A stretch of DNA of 64,000 bases from Flavobacteriales bacterium (GTDB lineage: Bacteria; Bacteroidota; Bacteroidia; CAIKAF01), in assembly GCA_026418175.1 (NCBI GenBank), contig JAOABX010000001.1:68957-132956 (forward strand), in the 5' to 3' direction. The position numbers and the translations under genes are program-made. Numbering within the stretch: the stretch's first letter is position 1; every line of letters begins with the position of its first letter. Positions 41,560 through 52,744 of the stretch are shown here, in pieces. The notes beneath the pieces are model-generated. The model made no database searches. It was given only the letters and a program-made list of their open reading frames with translations, and was not told where the DNA came from.

Positions 41560-42192
41560 ATGAAAAATAAAGCATTATTACTGTTCTTCTTAACCCAGGC
41601 CGTAGCATTGATGGCTCAAAAGGGCTCTAAATCGTTTCGCGATGATTTTGATGACAATAAAAACCAATGGCCTATCCTCAATAATGAATACTTTAAAACC
41701 GAAATTGCTGATGGCAAATACGTTATTTATTTTAAACAAAAAGAAAAAGTAGATAAGAATTATTTTGTGAAATATGATATAGTTTCTTTGCAGAAACCTT
41801 TTGTTTTAGAAGTGCGCATCAAACAATTAGAAGTCAAGAATGCAGAAATGCCCAATACGTATGGTTTAGTTATAGGCGAAAAAGACCGAGGCAATTCGCA
41901 TTATTTTACCGTTTCGCAAAGCGAAAAAGTAAGTACCTGGTACTATTTGCAAATGCACAAGTATGCACTTATTAAACGCATGCCTGTATTGGCTAATACC
42001 TTTCAAAAAGAAGACCCGGCCGGTACTAAATTTTTGGTGAAGTTTATTGATGGCCACTTGTATTTTTATATCAACGATGAGTTTTTAGGCAAACTACCCA
42101 AGCCCGATTTCTGGATGGGTTCTGGTGTGGGGATTTATGTAAGCAGTGGAATGAAGCTTGCCGTAGATTATATTGAGATGAAAGAATTGTAA
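41560..42192 (+). CDS. Exported hypothetical protein (possible jelly-roll fold)
   Basis: Signal peptide; FRDDFDDNKNQW, YGLVIG, FYINDE. Confidence 0.6.
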   Translation: MKNKALLLFFLTQAVALMAQKGSKSFRDDFDDNKNQWPILNNEYFKTEIADGKYVIYFKQKEKVDKNYFVKYDIVSLQKPFVLEVRIKQLEVKNAEMPNTYGLVIGEKDRGNSHYFTVSQSEKVSTWYYLQMHKYALIKRMPVLANTFQKEDPAGTKFLVKFIDGHLYFYINDEFLGKLPKPDFWMGSGVGIYVSSGMKLAVDYIEMKEL

Positions 42193-42227
42193 TTTTTGTT
42201 TAACACAGCTCTACAAAAATTTATTTT

Positions 42228-43541
42228 TTATGCAGTACCTAAGGCTTGCTTATAGGTTGTGAGTGCACGTTCACGAGCTGTTTTGTGATCAACTATAGGT
42301 TTTGGATAACTGAAACTGTCAATTTCCTTTACCCATCGTCGTATATATATACCTTTGGGGTCAAACTTCTTTTGTTGTTCTATGGGATTGAAAATACGAA
42401 AGTAAGGAGCTGCGTCGCATCCGGTTCCTGCAGCCCATTGCCAGTTGCCGTTGTTGGAGGCAAGTTCAAAATCTAACAACTTTTCTGCAAAGTAAGCTTC
42501 CCCCCATCGCCAGTCAATCAATAAATGCTTACACAAAAAGCTGGCGGTTATCATTCGTACCCGGTTATGCATAAATCCAGTTTCATTCAGTTCACGCATG
42601 CCGGCATCAACCATGGGGAAGCCGGTTTCTCCGTTGCACCAGCGTTTGAATTCGCCTTCATTATTCCGCCAGGGAATGGCTTCGTAGGGTTTTTTGAATG
42701 ATTGATTTACAACATGTGGATAATGCCAAAGGATTTGCATAAAAAACTCCCGCCAAATGAGTTCTTTCAGGTAGGTTTCACTGATATTTTTTACATGTGA
42801 TACCAGCTCACGGATACTTATAGTTCCAAATCGCAAATGAATGCCTAGATGTGAGGTGGCATCCAGCGAAGGAGTATTTCGTGTGGTTGCATATTCGCGA
42901 ATAATTTTATCAGGCACATGTTCAGGCGGAAATACGATGTAAGTGGTTTCAAAACCGATGCTTTTTAAATCGGGCATGGGCATCGGAGGGCTTTCAGCCA
43001 GGTTGTGCAGATATTTTTCTACCGGATAGGGTTTGATGTAAAATGTATTTAGTTTTTGTAGCCAAGCCCGGCTGTATGGAGTATAAACCGTATATGATTT
43101 ACCGGTAGAACTTAACACTTCATCTTTTTCGAAAATTACCTGGTCTTTCCAGGTATAAAATTTTACTCCCCGTGATGCTAACAGGGTTTTAATCTTTTCA
43201 TCTCGGTGTATGGCATAAGGCTCATAATCATGATTAGTATGAACTTCTTTTATGGAATGATTTTGTAATAGTTTTTCCCAAACTTCTTCCGGTGAGCCAT
43301 TTTCTATCCATATGTCAGCTCCTCTCTGATGTAATTGTTGTTTAATGCGTTGAAGTTGAAGGTAGATAAAATTCACCCTGGCATCGGCTCGGTTATTAAG
43401 TTTGGAAAGAATATTTGTATCAAAAATAAATATTAACTGAACCGGATAAGGGCTTTTAAGAGCGTGGTATAATGCTGCTTGGTCGTGCAAACGCAAATCA
43501 CGTCGAAGCCAGCAAATTGTTATTGGCGTAGATGATTTCAT
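42228..43541 (-). CDS. phrB: CPD DNA photolyase (start likely MKSSTP)
   Basis: WLRRDLRLHD, ELIWREFF, TGFPMVDAGMREL, MHNRVRM, NNGNWQW, PYFRIFNP. Confidence 0.93.
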   Translation of the reverse strand: MKSSTPITICWLRRDLRLHDQAALYHALKSPYPVQLIFIFDTNILSKLNNRADARVNFIYLQLQRIKQQLHQRGADIWIENGSPEEVWEKLLQNHSIKEVHTNHDYEPYAIHRDEKIKTLLASRGVKFYTWKDQVIFEKDEVLSSTGKSYTVYTPYSRAWLQKLNTFYIKPYPVEKYLHNLAESPPMPMPDLKSIGFETTYIVFPPEHVPDKIIREYATTRNTPSLDATSHLGIHLRFGTISIRELVSHVKNISETYLKELIWREFFMQILWHYPHVVNQSFKKPYEAIPWRNNEGEFKRWCNGETGFPMVDAGMRELNETGFMHNRVRMITASFLCKHLLIDWRWGEAYFAEKLLDFELASNNGNWQWAAGTGCDAAPYFRIFNPIEQQKKFDPKGIYIRRWVKEIDSFSYPKPIVDHKTARERALTTYKQALGTA

Positions 43542-43668
43542 GTTGAATAAATGCAAAGGTGAAGGTTTTTGTTCATGAATCATTGAATGGAAATTAGATT
43601 TTCACTCTGGATAGACATCCCGAAAATACTTTGTATATTGTACCTTTGCATATTATGACAATAAAGGC

Positions 43669-45111
43669 ATGATACGATTTGATGAATTTGACACTCCAAC
43701 TGACGATACTTGGTGGGAAGTCGTTAAGAAAAGTGTAAAAAACCCGGATGATTTACATCGCATGATTCATGAAAAAGCTGGTGGACTGAAACTTAATTCC
43801 CTATACCGCAAACATTCACTGAATGCTATTCAACCGTTGCAGGTTCCTGTGGTTTTCGATAAACCAAAAGTTATACAGCCGATTTATATTCATAAAGTTG
43901 TGGCGGCAAACCAGGCTGCATTGCATGCATTAGAAAACGGGGCAGATACCATTTTGTTTACAGGGCCCGATCTGCCAACCCCTAATGAATGGGTGGCACT
44001 CATGAAAGGAATTCATCTTGACTGGTTTGAACCTGAATTTGACTTGGGGGAATCAAATACTGCGTTATTTTTTCATTTGTTGAATGAGTATCAACAATTG
44101 GATATATCATTTTCCAATCGTCGAGGTGCTATTGCAATTGACCCAATTACTCATGCATGGCTCACCGGAAATTTTGAATATTCGAGGGATGAAAATTTTA
44201 AGGTTTTAGCTACTATTTTGGATGTAGCACGCGAACAAATGCCTGGCTATCGATTGTTGCATGTAAACAGCTATTTGCTACGCGATGCCGGTGCTACTGC
44301 AGTTCAGGAGCTGGCTTGTACGTTATCTCACCTCGCCGAGTATTTGGATTATTTTACCAATAGAGGTTGGAATGCCCATGATCTTTTCGCTAAAATGCAA
44401 ATAAATGCCGGAACTGGTGAAGATTATTTTACTGAGATTGCTAAGTTTAGAACCTTACGTTTTTTATTAGCAAAATTTGCGGAAGCCTATCAGGTGAATA
44501 ATATCAAAATACATGTTACTGCCATAACTACCCGCAGAAATAAGACAGTGTATGATATACACAATAATGTGCTTCGTGCATCATCTGAAGCTATGGCAGC
44601 GATTATAGGTGGTTGCAACGGAATTTGTATATGGCCATACAACGAAACATATCAATTACCTGATGAGCAAGCTTATCGCTTATCGCGAAATATTCCGCTG
44701 ATATTAATGCATGAAGCTTATCTAGATGTAGTGGCCGATCCTTCAGCCGGTTCGTATTACCTGGAAGTACTTAGCAGAAAAATGGCAGATGCCGCCTGGA
44801 GTTTGTTTCTTGAAATAGAAGGGAAAGGAGGATATATAAAGGTATTGGAAGAAGGTTGGATTCAGGAGAAAATTCAAAAAGAAGCTGCCAAAGCCGAAGA
44901 CGCCTTCCGTCAGGGGACTCAAGTATTGGTGGGCACCAATAAATATGTTAATAAGCAGGAAGTAAAAATGAATGATGTTGCACGCCCGTCGGATAATTTA
45001 TTCCTTAAAGAAAATCGAATAATACCGGTAATGAAGTTAAAACGCCTTTCTGAAAAGTTAGATGAAGAACGTATGCGCCTTGAACGACAAAAAGAAGAAA
45101 AACTGAATTGA
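43669..45111 (+). CDS. Methylmalonyl-CoA mutase small subunit (no C-terminal B12-binding domain)
   Basis: [48 protein letters not shown] promoter at 43641-43648. Confidence 0.85.
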   Translation: MIRFDEFDTPTDDTWWEVVKKSVKNPDDLHRMIHEKAGGLKLNSLYRKHSLNAIQPLQVPVVFDKPKVIQPIYIHKVVAANQAALHALENGADTILFTGPDLPTPNEWVALMKGIHLDWFEPEFDLGESNTALFFHLLNEYQQLDISFSNRRGAIAIDPITHAWLTGNFEYSRDENFKVLATILDVAREQMPGYRLLHVNSYLLRDAGATAVQELACTLSHLAEYLDYFTNRGWNAHDLFAKMQINAGTGEDYFTEIAKFRTLRFLLAKFAEAYQVNNIKIHVTAITTRRNKTVYDIHNNVLRASSEAMAAIIGGCNGICIWPYNETYQLPDEQAYRLSRNIPLILMHEAYLDVVADPSAGSYYLEVLSRKMADAAWSLFLEIEGKGGYIKVLEEGWIQEKIQKEAAKAEDAFRQGTQVLVGTNKYVNKQEVKMNDVARPSDNLFLKENRIIPVMKLKRLSEKLDEERMRLERQKEEKLN

Positions 45112-45112
45112 C

Positions 45113-47236
45113 ATGAGACCTGATTTTTCAAAAATATCGTTATCCAATCCAATGGGTTCATTCCAAGTGGCTAAAGACACTAAAATTTTTACTACAGCCG
45201 AGGGGATTGAATTGAAACCGATGTTTCAATCGGATGATATAGCTTCGTTTTATCATACTGATTCTTTGCCTGGAATGCCTCCCTTTTTACGCGGGCCGTA
45301 TGCCACTATGTATGTATTAAAACCCTGGACCATTCGGCAATATGCCGGATTCAGTACTGCTGAAGAGTCAAATGCGTTTTATCGAAGAAACCTGGCTGCC
45401 GGACAAAAAGGATTGTCCGTGGCTTTTGACTTAGCTACTCATCGTGGATACGATTCAGATCATCCCCGGGTAAAAGGAGATGTTGGAAAAGCCGGAGTAG
45501 CCATCGATTCGGTGGAGGATATGAAAATCTTATTTGACCAAATTCCACTGAATGAAATGTCAGTATCCATGACCATGAATGGCGCTGTGATACCGATTAT
45601 GGCATTTTATATTGTAGCAGCCGAAGAACAGGGTGTAAAGCCTGAACAATTGAGTGGAACTATTCAGAATGATATTCTGAAAGAATTTATGGTACGCAAT
45701 ACGTACATTTACCCACCCGCAGCTTCGATGCGTATTATAGCTGATATTTTTAAATATACTTCGAAGTATATGCCGAAATTTAACTCCATCAGTATTTCGG
45801 GATATCATATGCATGAAGCCGGCGCCCCGGCTGATATCGAATTGGCTTACACATTGGCAGATGGCATAGAATACATCAAAACCGGTTTAGAGGCCGGATT
45901 GAAAATTGATGATTTTGCACCAAGGTTATCATTTTTTTTCGCCATCGGCATGAATCATTTTATGGAAATTGCTAAGCTTCGAGCTGCTCGATTGTTGTGG
46001 GCTAAACTTGTAAAGTCATTTAATCCCAAAGACGAACGCTCGATTATGTTGCGTACCCATTGCCAAACCAGCGGGTATAGCCTCACGGAGCAAGATCCTT
46101 TTAACAACATCACCCGTACCTATGTAGAAGCAATGGCAGCGGTGTTAGGTGGAACACAGTCGTTACATACCAATTCGCTGGATGAAGCCATTGCTCTTCC
46201 TACTGACTTTTCAGCTCGCATTGCACGAAATACACAACTCATCATTGCTGAAGAAACCGGAGTTACACAAGCCATTGATCCGTGGGCTGGTTCTTATTAT
46301 GTAGAATACCTTACCGGTATGCTAGTAGAAAAAGCTTGGAAACATATTGAAGAAATTAATAATCTCGGTGGTATGGCCAAAGCAATTGAGGCTGGAGTTC
46401 CTAAAATGCGTATTGAAGAGGCTGCTGCACGGAAGCAAGCTCGTATTGACAGTGGAGAAGAGGCAATTATTGGCGTAAATAAATATCCTGTGAATGAGGA
46501 AGTGAAACTCGATATTTTGGAGGTTGATAATGATAAAGTTAGGCAACAGCAAATTGCCCGGTTACAACAAATTCGGGCTTTACGCAATGAATCGGATGTG
46601 CAGGCTGCCCTGCAGGCTATTACCAATGCTTGTAATAATCAAAATCAAAACTTATTAGAACTCGCAGTAGATGCAGCCCGTAAACGTGCTACCTTAGGTG
46701 AAATTAGTGAAGCTATGGAAAAAGTATTTGGCCGCTATAAAGCACAGATACAAACAATTTCCGGAATATATGCCAAAGAAATAAGTATGGATGATGAATT
46801 TATGGAAGCCCGACGGCTTGCCGATGAATTTGCAGAAAAAGAAGGGCGCCGTCCACGAATTTTGGTTGCAAAAATGGGACAAGATGGTCACGACCGTGGA
46901 GCTAAAGTTATTTCTACATCGTTTGCTGATATTGGTTTTGATGTGGATGTTGGACCCCTATTTCAAACCCCTGCAGAAGTGGCTAAAATGGCTGTAGAAA
47001 ATGATGTGCATATTGTGGGTGTATCTTCATTAGCAGCCGGGCATAAAACCTTGGTTCCAGAGCTGATTGAAGAACTTAAAAATGCGGGGCGTGAAGACAT
47101 TTTAGTGATTGTGGGAGGGGTAATTCCATCACAAGATTATTCGTTTTTATTTGATCATGGAGTAGCTGCTGTGTTTGGGCCTGGTACTCGTATTCCAAAA
47201 GCAGCAATTCAAATTCTAAAATTGATGCTCGATTAG
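45113..47236 (+). CDS. scpA: Methylmalonyl-CoA mutase large subunit
   Basis: [35 protein letters not shown]12 motif. Confidence 0.96.
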   Translation: MRPDFSKISLSNPMGSFQVAKDTKIFTTAEGIELKPMFQSDDIASFYHTDSLPGMPPFLRGPYATMYVLKPWTIRQYAGFSTAEESNAFYRRNLAAGQKGLSVAFDLATHRGYDSDHPRVKGDVGKAGVAIDSVEDMKILFDQIPLNEMSVSMTMNGAVIPIMAFYIVAAEEQGVKPEQLSGTIQNDILKEFMVRNTYIYPPAASMRIIADIFKYTSKYMPKFNSISISGYHMHEAGAPADIELAYTLADGIEYIKTGLEAGLKIDDFAPRLSFFFAIGMNHFMEIAKLRAARLLWAKLVKSFNPKDERSIMLRTHCQTSGYSLTEQDPFNNITRTYVEAMAAVLGGTQSLHTNSLDEAIALPTDFSARIARNTQLIIAEETGVTQAIDPWAGSYYVEYLTGMLVEKAWKHIEEINNLGGMAKAIEAGVPKMRIEEAAARKQARIDSGEEAIIGVNKYPVNEEVKLDILEVDNDKVRQQQIARLQQIRALRNESDVQAALQAITNACNNQNQNLLELAVDAARKRATLGEISEAMEKVFGRYKAQIQTISGIYAKEISMDDEFMEARRLADEFAEKEGRRPRILVAKMGQDGHDRGAKVISTSFADIGFDVDVGPLFQTPAEVAKMAVENDVHIVGVSSLAAGHKTLVPELIEELKNAGREDILVIVGGVIPSQDYSFLFDHGVAAVFGPGTRIPKAAIQILKLMLD

Positions 47237-47259
47237 TGTAATTTATACACTATGCCTTC

Positions 47260-47901
47260 ATGGATGTAATTTTACAAGGAATATTGGTTGGCTTGGTGAT
47301 GAGTGTTGGTGCTGGCCCGGTGATGTTTGCTTTGATTCAGACTTCTCTGCGGGAAGGTTTTTGGCGAGCCATGATATTTGAAATAGGTGTAATTTTGGCT
47401 GATGCTTCATGCATTACAATTGCTTTTTTTACGTTTGGTCGCCTACTTAATAATCCTTTGATTAACAATTATATCTTATTGGCAGGTGGCCTTGTATTAA
47501 TTGTTTTGGGGGTAAGCAATTTTAAAGGTAAAACAGCCCGTTTGCGTGCAGCTCGCGAATTTTTAAGGGGAAAACAAACTCATGGAGGATTACTCATCGT
47601 TCAGGGGTTTTTGTATAATCTGCTTAATCCTTCGGTAATTTTGTTTTGGCTGGGAGCAGTAACGTTAGCTGCTGCCAATTTTGAAGGGAATCGTTCACTG
47701 ATGATTCAGCATTTTAGTGCTACGCTCACAACTGTTTTTTTCTTTGATACTCTTAAAGCATTTTTTGCCCATACGGTTCGAAAATTCATAACCCCTAGAT
47801 TTATGATGTATTCAACTCAAACAATGGGTGTGATTTTTATTTTGTTTGGCACAGGGCTAATAATTAGAAGCATTATTTCACTTATAAATTTTTACAATTA
47901 G
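47260..47901 (+). CDS. LysE-family translocator
   Basis: GPVMFALIQTS..EG, GFLYNLLNP...FW; hydrophobic. Confidence 0.85.
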   Translation: MDVILQGILVGLVMSVGAGPVMFALIQTSLREGFWRAMIFEIGVILADASCITIAFFTFGRLLNNPLINNYILLAGGLVLIVLGVSNFKGKTARLRAAREFLRGKQTHGGLLIVQGFLYNLLNPSVILFWLGAVTLAAANFEGNRSLMIQHFSATLTTVFFFDTLKAFFAHTVRKFITPRFMMYSTQTMGVIFILFGTGLIIRSIISLINFYN

Positions 47902-47990
47902 AATTGTTAACTAAACTCCTATGAACAACCATATACATATTATTAAATTCATCTTGTAACTTCTTTGGTTTTTATACCTTTGACATACTT

Positions 47991-49448
47991 ATGAGTGAAT
48001 CAGTGTACGATACATATGAAGTGGTGGTTGGCTTGGAAGTCCATGCCCAGCTGCTTACTGCATCCAAAGCATATTCATCAGATAGTGCTGCATATGGCGG
48101 AGCACCCAATACATATGTTAGTCCAGTTTCGCTGGGTTTGCCTGGTACATTGCCGGTAATGAATGAAAGGGTAATAGAATTTGCTGTTAAGCTTGGGTTA
48201 GCCTGTCATTGTGATATTCGCTACGAAAACCGGTTTGCAAGAAAAAATTATTTCTATGCTGATCTTCCCAAAGGATATCAAATTACACAGCATACTACAC
48301 CGATATGTGAAAATGGATACATAAAAATAAAAGACGATGCAGGCAATGACAAGCAAATTCGGTTGGAACGAATACATATGGAAGAAGATGCCGGAAAAAG
48401 TATGCACGACCAGGATCCCTTCGATACATTGATTGATTTGAACCGTGCAGGTGTACCACTACTTGAAATTGTTTCCCGGCCAGATATTCGTTCATCCAAA
48501 GAAGCATATAATTACCTTACAGAAATACGAAAATTAGTTCGCTATCTAGAGATTTGCGACGGAAATATGGAAGAAGGAAGTTTACGTTGTGATGCAAATA
48601 TTTCTGTACGAAAAAAGGGCGATGCCGCGTTTGGAAAAAAAGTAGAAGTAAAAAACATGAATTCCATTCGGAATGTACAACGTGCCATCGAATTTGAAGT
48701 AAAACGCCAGATTGATGCTTTGGAAAACGGAGAAGTGATTCGGCAAGAAACTCGTACTTTTGATGCAATTTCCGGAAAAACTTTCCCCATGCGGAGCAAG
48801 GAGATGGCACATGATTACCGTTATTTTACCGAGCCAGATTTGCCCCCAGTATTGGTATCAGAATCATACATTGCTAAGGTTAAAAAAACCATGCCCCCAT
48901 TGCCGGATGAATTGTTTCAAAAATATACTTCCCAGCTTGGGCTTCCAGCTTATGATGCGGCTGTGATAACTGAGTCAAAATACGATGCTTTATATTTCGA
49001 AGAACTTATTTCACATACATCTCATATAAAAGCTGCAGCCAACTGGATGATGGTACAAATCAAATCATACCTGAACGAACAGGGAATTACCATTCGTGAA
49101 TTTCCGTTACCACCTGCCAGAATTGCTGCTATTATTGAAATGATAGAGTCTGGGAAAGTAAGTAATAGTGCAGCATCCCAACAAATTTTCCCGGAAATGG
49201 TTGCACATCCTGATGAAGAACCACTTGCTATTGCTCAACGATTAAATTTGATTCAGGAAAGTGATACTCAGGCTATTGAAGCCATTGTTGATTCAGTACT
49301 TGAACGTTTTTCTAATGATGTTATCCGCTATCGCGAAGGGAAAAAAGGGTTATTGGGAATGTTTATGGGCGAAGTAATGAAAGCTAGCGGTGGAAAGGCT
49401 GACCCCAAGGTAGCCTCAGTTATTCTCAAACAAAAACTTGAAGCTTAA
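47991..49448 (+). CDS. gatB: Asp/Glu-tRNA amidotransferase subunit B
   Basis: GLEVHAQL, RKNYFYADLPKGYQITQ, HMEEDAGK, EGSLRCDAN, DYRYF. TACCTTTG promoter at 47975-47982. Confidence 0.97.
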   Translation: MSESVYDTYEVVVGLEVHAQLLTASKAYSSDSAAYGGAPNTYVSPVSLGLPGTLPVMNERVIEFAVKLGLACHCDIRYENRFARKNYFYADLPKGYQITQHTTPICENGYIKIKDDAGNDKQIRLERIHMEEDAGKSMHDQDPFDTLIDLNRAGVPLLEIVSRPDIRSSKEAYNYLTEIRKLVRYLEICDGNMEEGSLRCDANISVRKKGDAAFGKKVEVKNMNSIRNVQRAIEFEVKRQIDALENGEVIRQETRTFDAISGKTFPMRSKEMAHDYRYFTEPDLPPVLVSESYIAKVKKTMPPLPDELFQKYTSQLGLPAYDAAVITESKYDALYFEELISHTSHIKAAANWMMVQIKSYLNEQGITIREFPLPPARIAAIIEMIESGKVSNSAASQQIFPEMVAHPDEEPLAIAQRLNLIQESDTQAIEAIVDSVLERFSNDVIRYREGKKGLLGMFMGEVMKASGGKADPKVASVILKQKLEA

Positions 49449-49454
49449 TTAATT

Positions 49455-50615
49455 ATGGTACAATTAAAAAAAATATCTATTCATATTTTGAGCATTAGTC
49501 TTTTGGGCGTATTTTTTTTGAGCAATTGTGGAAATAAGCCCAAAGGAAATCCTTCTATTACAGGAACGATTGAAGGTGCAGGCGGACAAACAATATATCT
49601 AGAAAAGCTAGAGCCTCAAAAAGCAATTATTTTAGATAGTGCCAAAATTGAAGAAAATGGGAGTTTTTCTATTTATAAAAAAGCGGGCGAACATACTTTT
49701 TATCAGATACGTGTTGGAAAACAAAAACCGAATAGTTCCATTGCCCCTAATACCAACATCATGGTAATAATTACCGATTCAACCGAAACACTAAAAATTA
49801 CTGCCACATATCCTACCTGCAGTGCTACTTATGTAGTAGAAGGCAGTGAAGAAACTAATCTGCTAAAGGAAATCAATGCTATTGTACTTGCTAATCAGGC
49901 ACGACTTGATTCACTCAACAAAGCGTATCAGCAAAATCCGCAAGCCTTTGATAAAATAAAAGCAACGGAGCTAATGAATACAATTACGGCAGAGCAATCG
50001 GCCAGCATGAAGGCGTTTGTAGAAAAACATCTTGGGAAGTTTGTTACGCTTCAGGCCATTGCAATGCTTAATCCAGATGCAGATTTGAACCTTTTCAAAC
50101 AATCATCAGAACTTCTTAGTCAGAAATATCCCAATAATCCATTTGTATTGAATTTTTCTTCCAGTGTTGCAAGTTTAACCAAGTTAGCTCCCGGCACTAT
50201 TGCGCCTAACTTTACTATTTCTACGCCAGATGATAAGCCCATTAGTTTAAATGATTTTAAGGGCAAGTATGTACTTATTGATTTTTGGGCATCATGGTGT
50301 CGTCCGTGTCGTGCTCAAAATCCGGAGTTAGTGGCTTTGTATAAGAAGTTTAAAGGGAAAAACTTTGAGATTTTCGGGGTGAGTTTGGATCAGAACAAAG
50401 AAGCCTGGATTCAGGCTATTAAGGATGATAAGCTCACGTGGCCACAAGGCAGTGATCTTCAATACTGGAATGCGGCACCGGCAAAACTTTATAATGTAAC
50501 GTTCATTCCTTTTAATTTTCTCATTGGGCCTGACGGTACAATAATCGCCAAGAATCTTACCGGCAAAGCCTTGGAAAATAAATTACTGGAATTGCTGAAC
50601 AGCAAACAATCGTAG
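49455..50615 (+). CDS. TlpA-like thioredoxin lipoprotein (DUF4369-like N-terminus)
   Basis: Lipobox LSNC; LIDFWASWCRPCR. Confidence 0.9.
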   Translation: MVQLKKISIHILSISLLGVFFLSNCGNKPKGNPSITGTIEGAGGQTIYLEKLEPQKAIILDSAKIEENGSFSIYKKAGEHTFYQIRVGKQKPNSSIAPNTNIMVIITDSTETLKITATYPTCSATYVVEGSEETNLLKEINAIVLANQARLDSLNKAYQQNPQAFDKIKATELMNTITAEQSASMKAFVEKHLGKFVTLQAIAMLNPDADLNLFKQSSELLSQKYPNNPFVLNFSSSVASLTKLAPGTIAPNFTISTPDDKPISLNDFKGKYVLIDFWASWCRPCRAQNPELVALYKKFKGKNFEIFGVSLDQNKEAWIQAIKDDKLTWPQGSDLQYWNAAPAKLYNVTFIPFNFLIGPDGTIIAKNLTGKALENKLLELLNSKQS

Positions 50616-50616
50616 C

Positions 50617-51375
50617 ATGCACCAGTTGCTGCCGGGACAGAAAATATATTTTGCATCCGACTTTCATTTGGGCGCCCCCGATTATAAAGCTAGCCGGGAA
50701 CGAGAAGATCGTATTGTTCGTTGGCTTACTTCGATTGAACATGATGCAGCCGAACTATTTCTGGTAGGTGATTTGTTTGATTTTTGGTTTGAATACCGAC
50801 ACGTAGCACCTAAAGGATACATTCGTTTATTGGGAAAGATAGCTTCGTTTACCGATCGAGGCATTCCGGTTCATCTTCATGTTGGGAATCATGATATGTG
50901 GATGTTTGGTTATCTAGAAAAAGAATTGGGGATTACTGTTTCATTTCAACCGGAAGAACGAAATTGGAACGGAATCAATTTTTTGATTGGCCATGGTGAT
51001 GGATTAGGCCCCGGCGATTATGGATACAAATTCGTAAAAAAAATATTTCGCAACCGTTTTTTTCAGTGGAGTTATGCCCGGTTACACCCTAACTTGGCCT
51101 TTGGTGTTGCCAATTTTCTAAGCAGACAAAGCCGTAAAGCCAATTATTCTGCAGATGCTCGATATTTGGGTGATGAAAACGAATGGCTGGTTCAATTTTG
51201 CAAACAACAAGTGCAGCATAAAGCATATCATTATTTAATTTTTGGCCATCGTCACCTTCCTCTTGAAAAAGAAATTCAACCCGGTAGTAAGTATATAAAT
51301 TTGGGCGACTGGATTAAGTACAATACATATGCTGTATTCGACGGGGAAAAAGTAATGTTGAAAACCTTTACCTGA
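50617..51375 (+). CDS. UDP-2,3-diacylglucosamine hydrolase (LpxH-like)
   Basis: SDFHLG, GDLFDFW, GNHD, HGD, FGHRH, NLGDW. Confidence 0.88.
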   Translation: MHQLLPGQKIYFASDFHLGAPDYKASREREDRIVRWLTSIEHDAAELFLVGDLFDFWFEYRHVAPKGYIRLLGKIASFTDRGIPVHLHVGNHDMWMFGYLEKELGITVSFQPEERNWNGINFLIGHGDGLGPGDYGYKFVKKIFRNRFFQWSYARLHPNLAFGVANFLSRQSRKANYSADARYLGDENEWLVQFCKQQVQHKAYHYLIFGHRHLPLEKEIQPGSKYINLGDWIKYNTYAVFDGEKVMLKTFT

Positions 51376-51451
51376 TAGATAATAAAACATAAGTTGTATT
51401 TTATTAGCCAACTTTTTTAAAAGTTGATGTAATTAAATAAATAAAGTAAAT

Positions 51452-51473
51452 AAAAAAGCCCCGCGAGGGGCTT
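51452..51473 (-). terminator. gap terminator
   Basis: AAGCCCC-TCGC-GGGGCTT plus T-tract on the minus strand. Confidence 0.75.
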
Positions 51474-51494
51474 CCCATTTATTATCTACAGTGT

Positions 51495-52496
51495 TTATTT
51501 TTTAGCCAGCATCTCACACAAGTCGGCCAGGCGGTTTGAGTATCCGGCTTCGTTGTCATACCAACCAAATACTTTTACCATGTTGCCTTTTACTACGGTT
51601 AGCGGGGCATCAAATATGCACGAATGTGGATTGCCTATAATATCAGCTGATACTATTTCATCTTCAGTGTATTCTAGTATGCCTTTCAGCGAGCCTTCGG
51701 CAGCTGCTTTAAAGGCAGCATTGATCTCGGCCGGGCTTTTTGGATTTTTTACAATCAATGAAAGGTCTGTAAGTGAACCGGTAGGTGTGGGAATACGCAC
51801 TGATGTTCCGTCCAGCTTTCCATTTAGGTGAGGAAAAATTTTTCCGATAGCTTTAGCTGCACCCGTGGATGTAGGTACAATGGAAAGTGCGGCCGCACGG
51901 GCTCGACGTAAATCTTTGTGTGGAGCATCTTGCAAACGCTGGTCGGCAGTGTATGCATGAATAGTCATCATGTATCCATTTTCAATACCGCAGAGATCAT
52001 CAACTACTTTTACCAGGGGAGAAACGCAGTTTGTAGTACATGATGCATTGGATATAATTTGATCATCGGTTGTAATGGTGTTTTCATTGGCACCCAATAC
52101 AATCATTTTAATATCATCGCCTTTAGCAGGAGCAGAAAGTATAACCCGCTTAGCGCCGGCTTTAATATGACCGGATGCTTTTTCTTTGTCTAAGAATAAA
52201 CCCGTACATTCCAATACAATATCTACCCCCAAATCTTTCCAAGGTAAATTCTCCGGATTTTTTTCGCTCAGCCCCTTGATGGCTTTACCGTTGACAATAA
52301 TATGCTGTTCATCGGCTGAAACAGTTCCATTGAAACGGCCATGAATGGAATCATATTTTAACAAATGTGCCAAGGTGGCATTATCGGTCAGGTCGTTTAT
52401 AGCAACCACATTTACATTAGGTTTGTTTTGAAGGGCACGAAAAGTAATCCGCCCAATGCGTCCGAAGCCGTTAATGGCGACATTGATTTTGCTCAT
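51495..52496 (-). CDS. gap: Type I glyceraldehyde-3-phosphate dehydrogenase
   Basis: INGFGRIGR, SNASCTTNC, WYDNE. Confidence 0.98.
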   Translation of the reverse strand: MSKINVAINGFGRIGRITFRALQNKPNVNVVAINDLTDNATLAHLLKYDSIHGRFNGTVSADEQHIIVNGKAIKGLSEKNPENLPWKDLGVDIVLECTGLFLDKEKASGHIKAGAKRVILSAPAKGDDIKMIVLGANENTITTDDQIISNASCTTNCVSPLVKVVDDLCGIENGYMMTIHAYTADQRLQDAPHKDLRRARAAALSIVPTSTGAAKAIGKIFPHLNGKLDGTSVRIPTPTGSLTDLSLIVKNPKSPAEINAAFKAAAEGSLKGILEYTEDEIVSADIIGNPHSCIFDAPLTVVKGNMVKVFGWYDNEAGYSNRLADLCEMLAKK

Positions 52497-52744
52497 GTTG
52501 AAGATGTTTATGGTTAAAAGTTCGTTATTTCTGGGCGCGAAGATAGTAAATCAGCAGTTTACTTGGGCTGATTTTATCTGTTATAAAAGTCAAGATTTTT
52601 CATTGATTTTTGGGTAGGTTTGGGTTTTCAAGCAATTTCATATAGATTTGTAATTTACAATCTTAACCGATAAAGTTTTAAAATTGTTATATTTTTTTAA
52701 AGTTTGAATCATCAAATTCGCATTAAATATAATTTCATAATCGT

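Noticed and set aside
43584..43668. Cobalamin riboswitch upstream of B12-related genes
   Set aside because: The leader is too short and no B12-box-like sequence was seen here or before the PduO-type gene.
43669..45111. Short mutase subunit as a pseudogene
   Set aside because: Intact ORF with its own promoter, 1 nt from scpA; short small subunits are usual in Flavobacteriia-like genomes.
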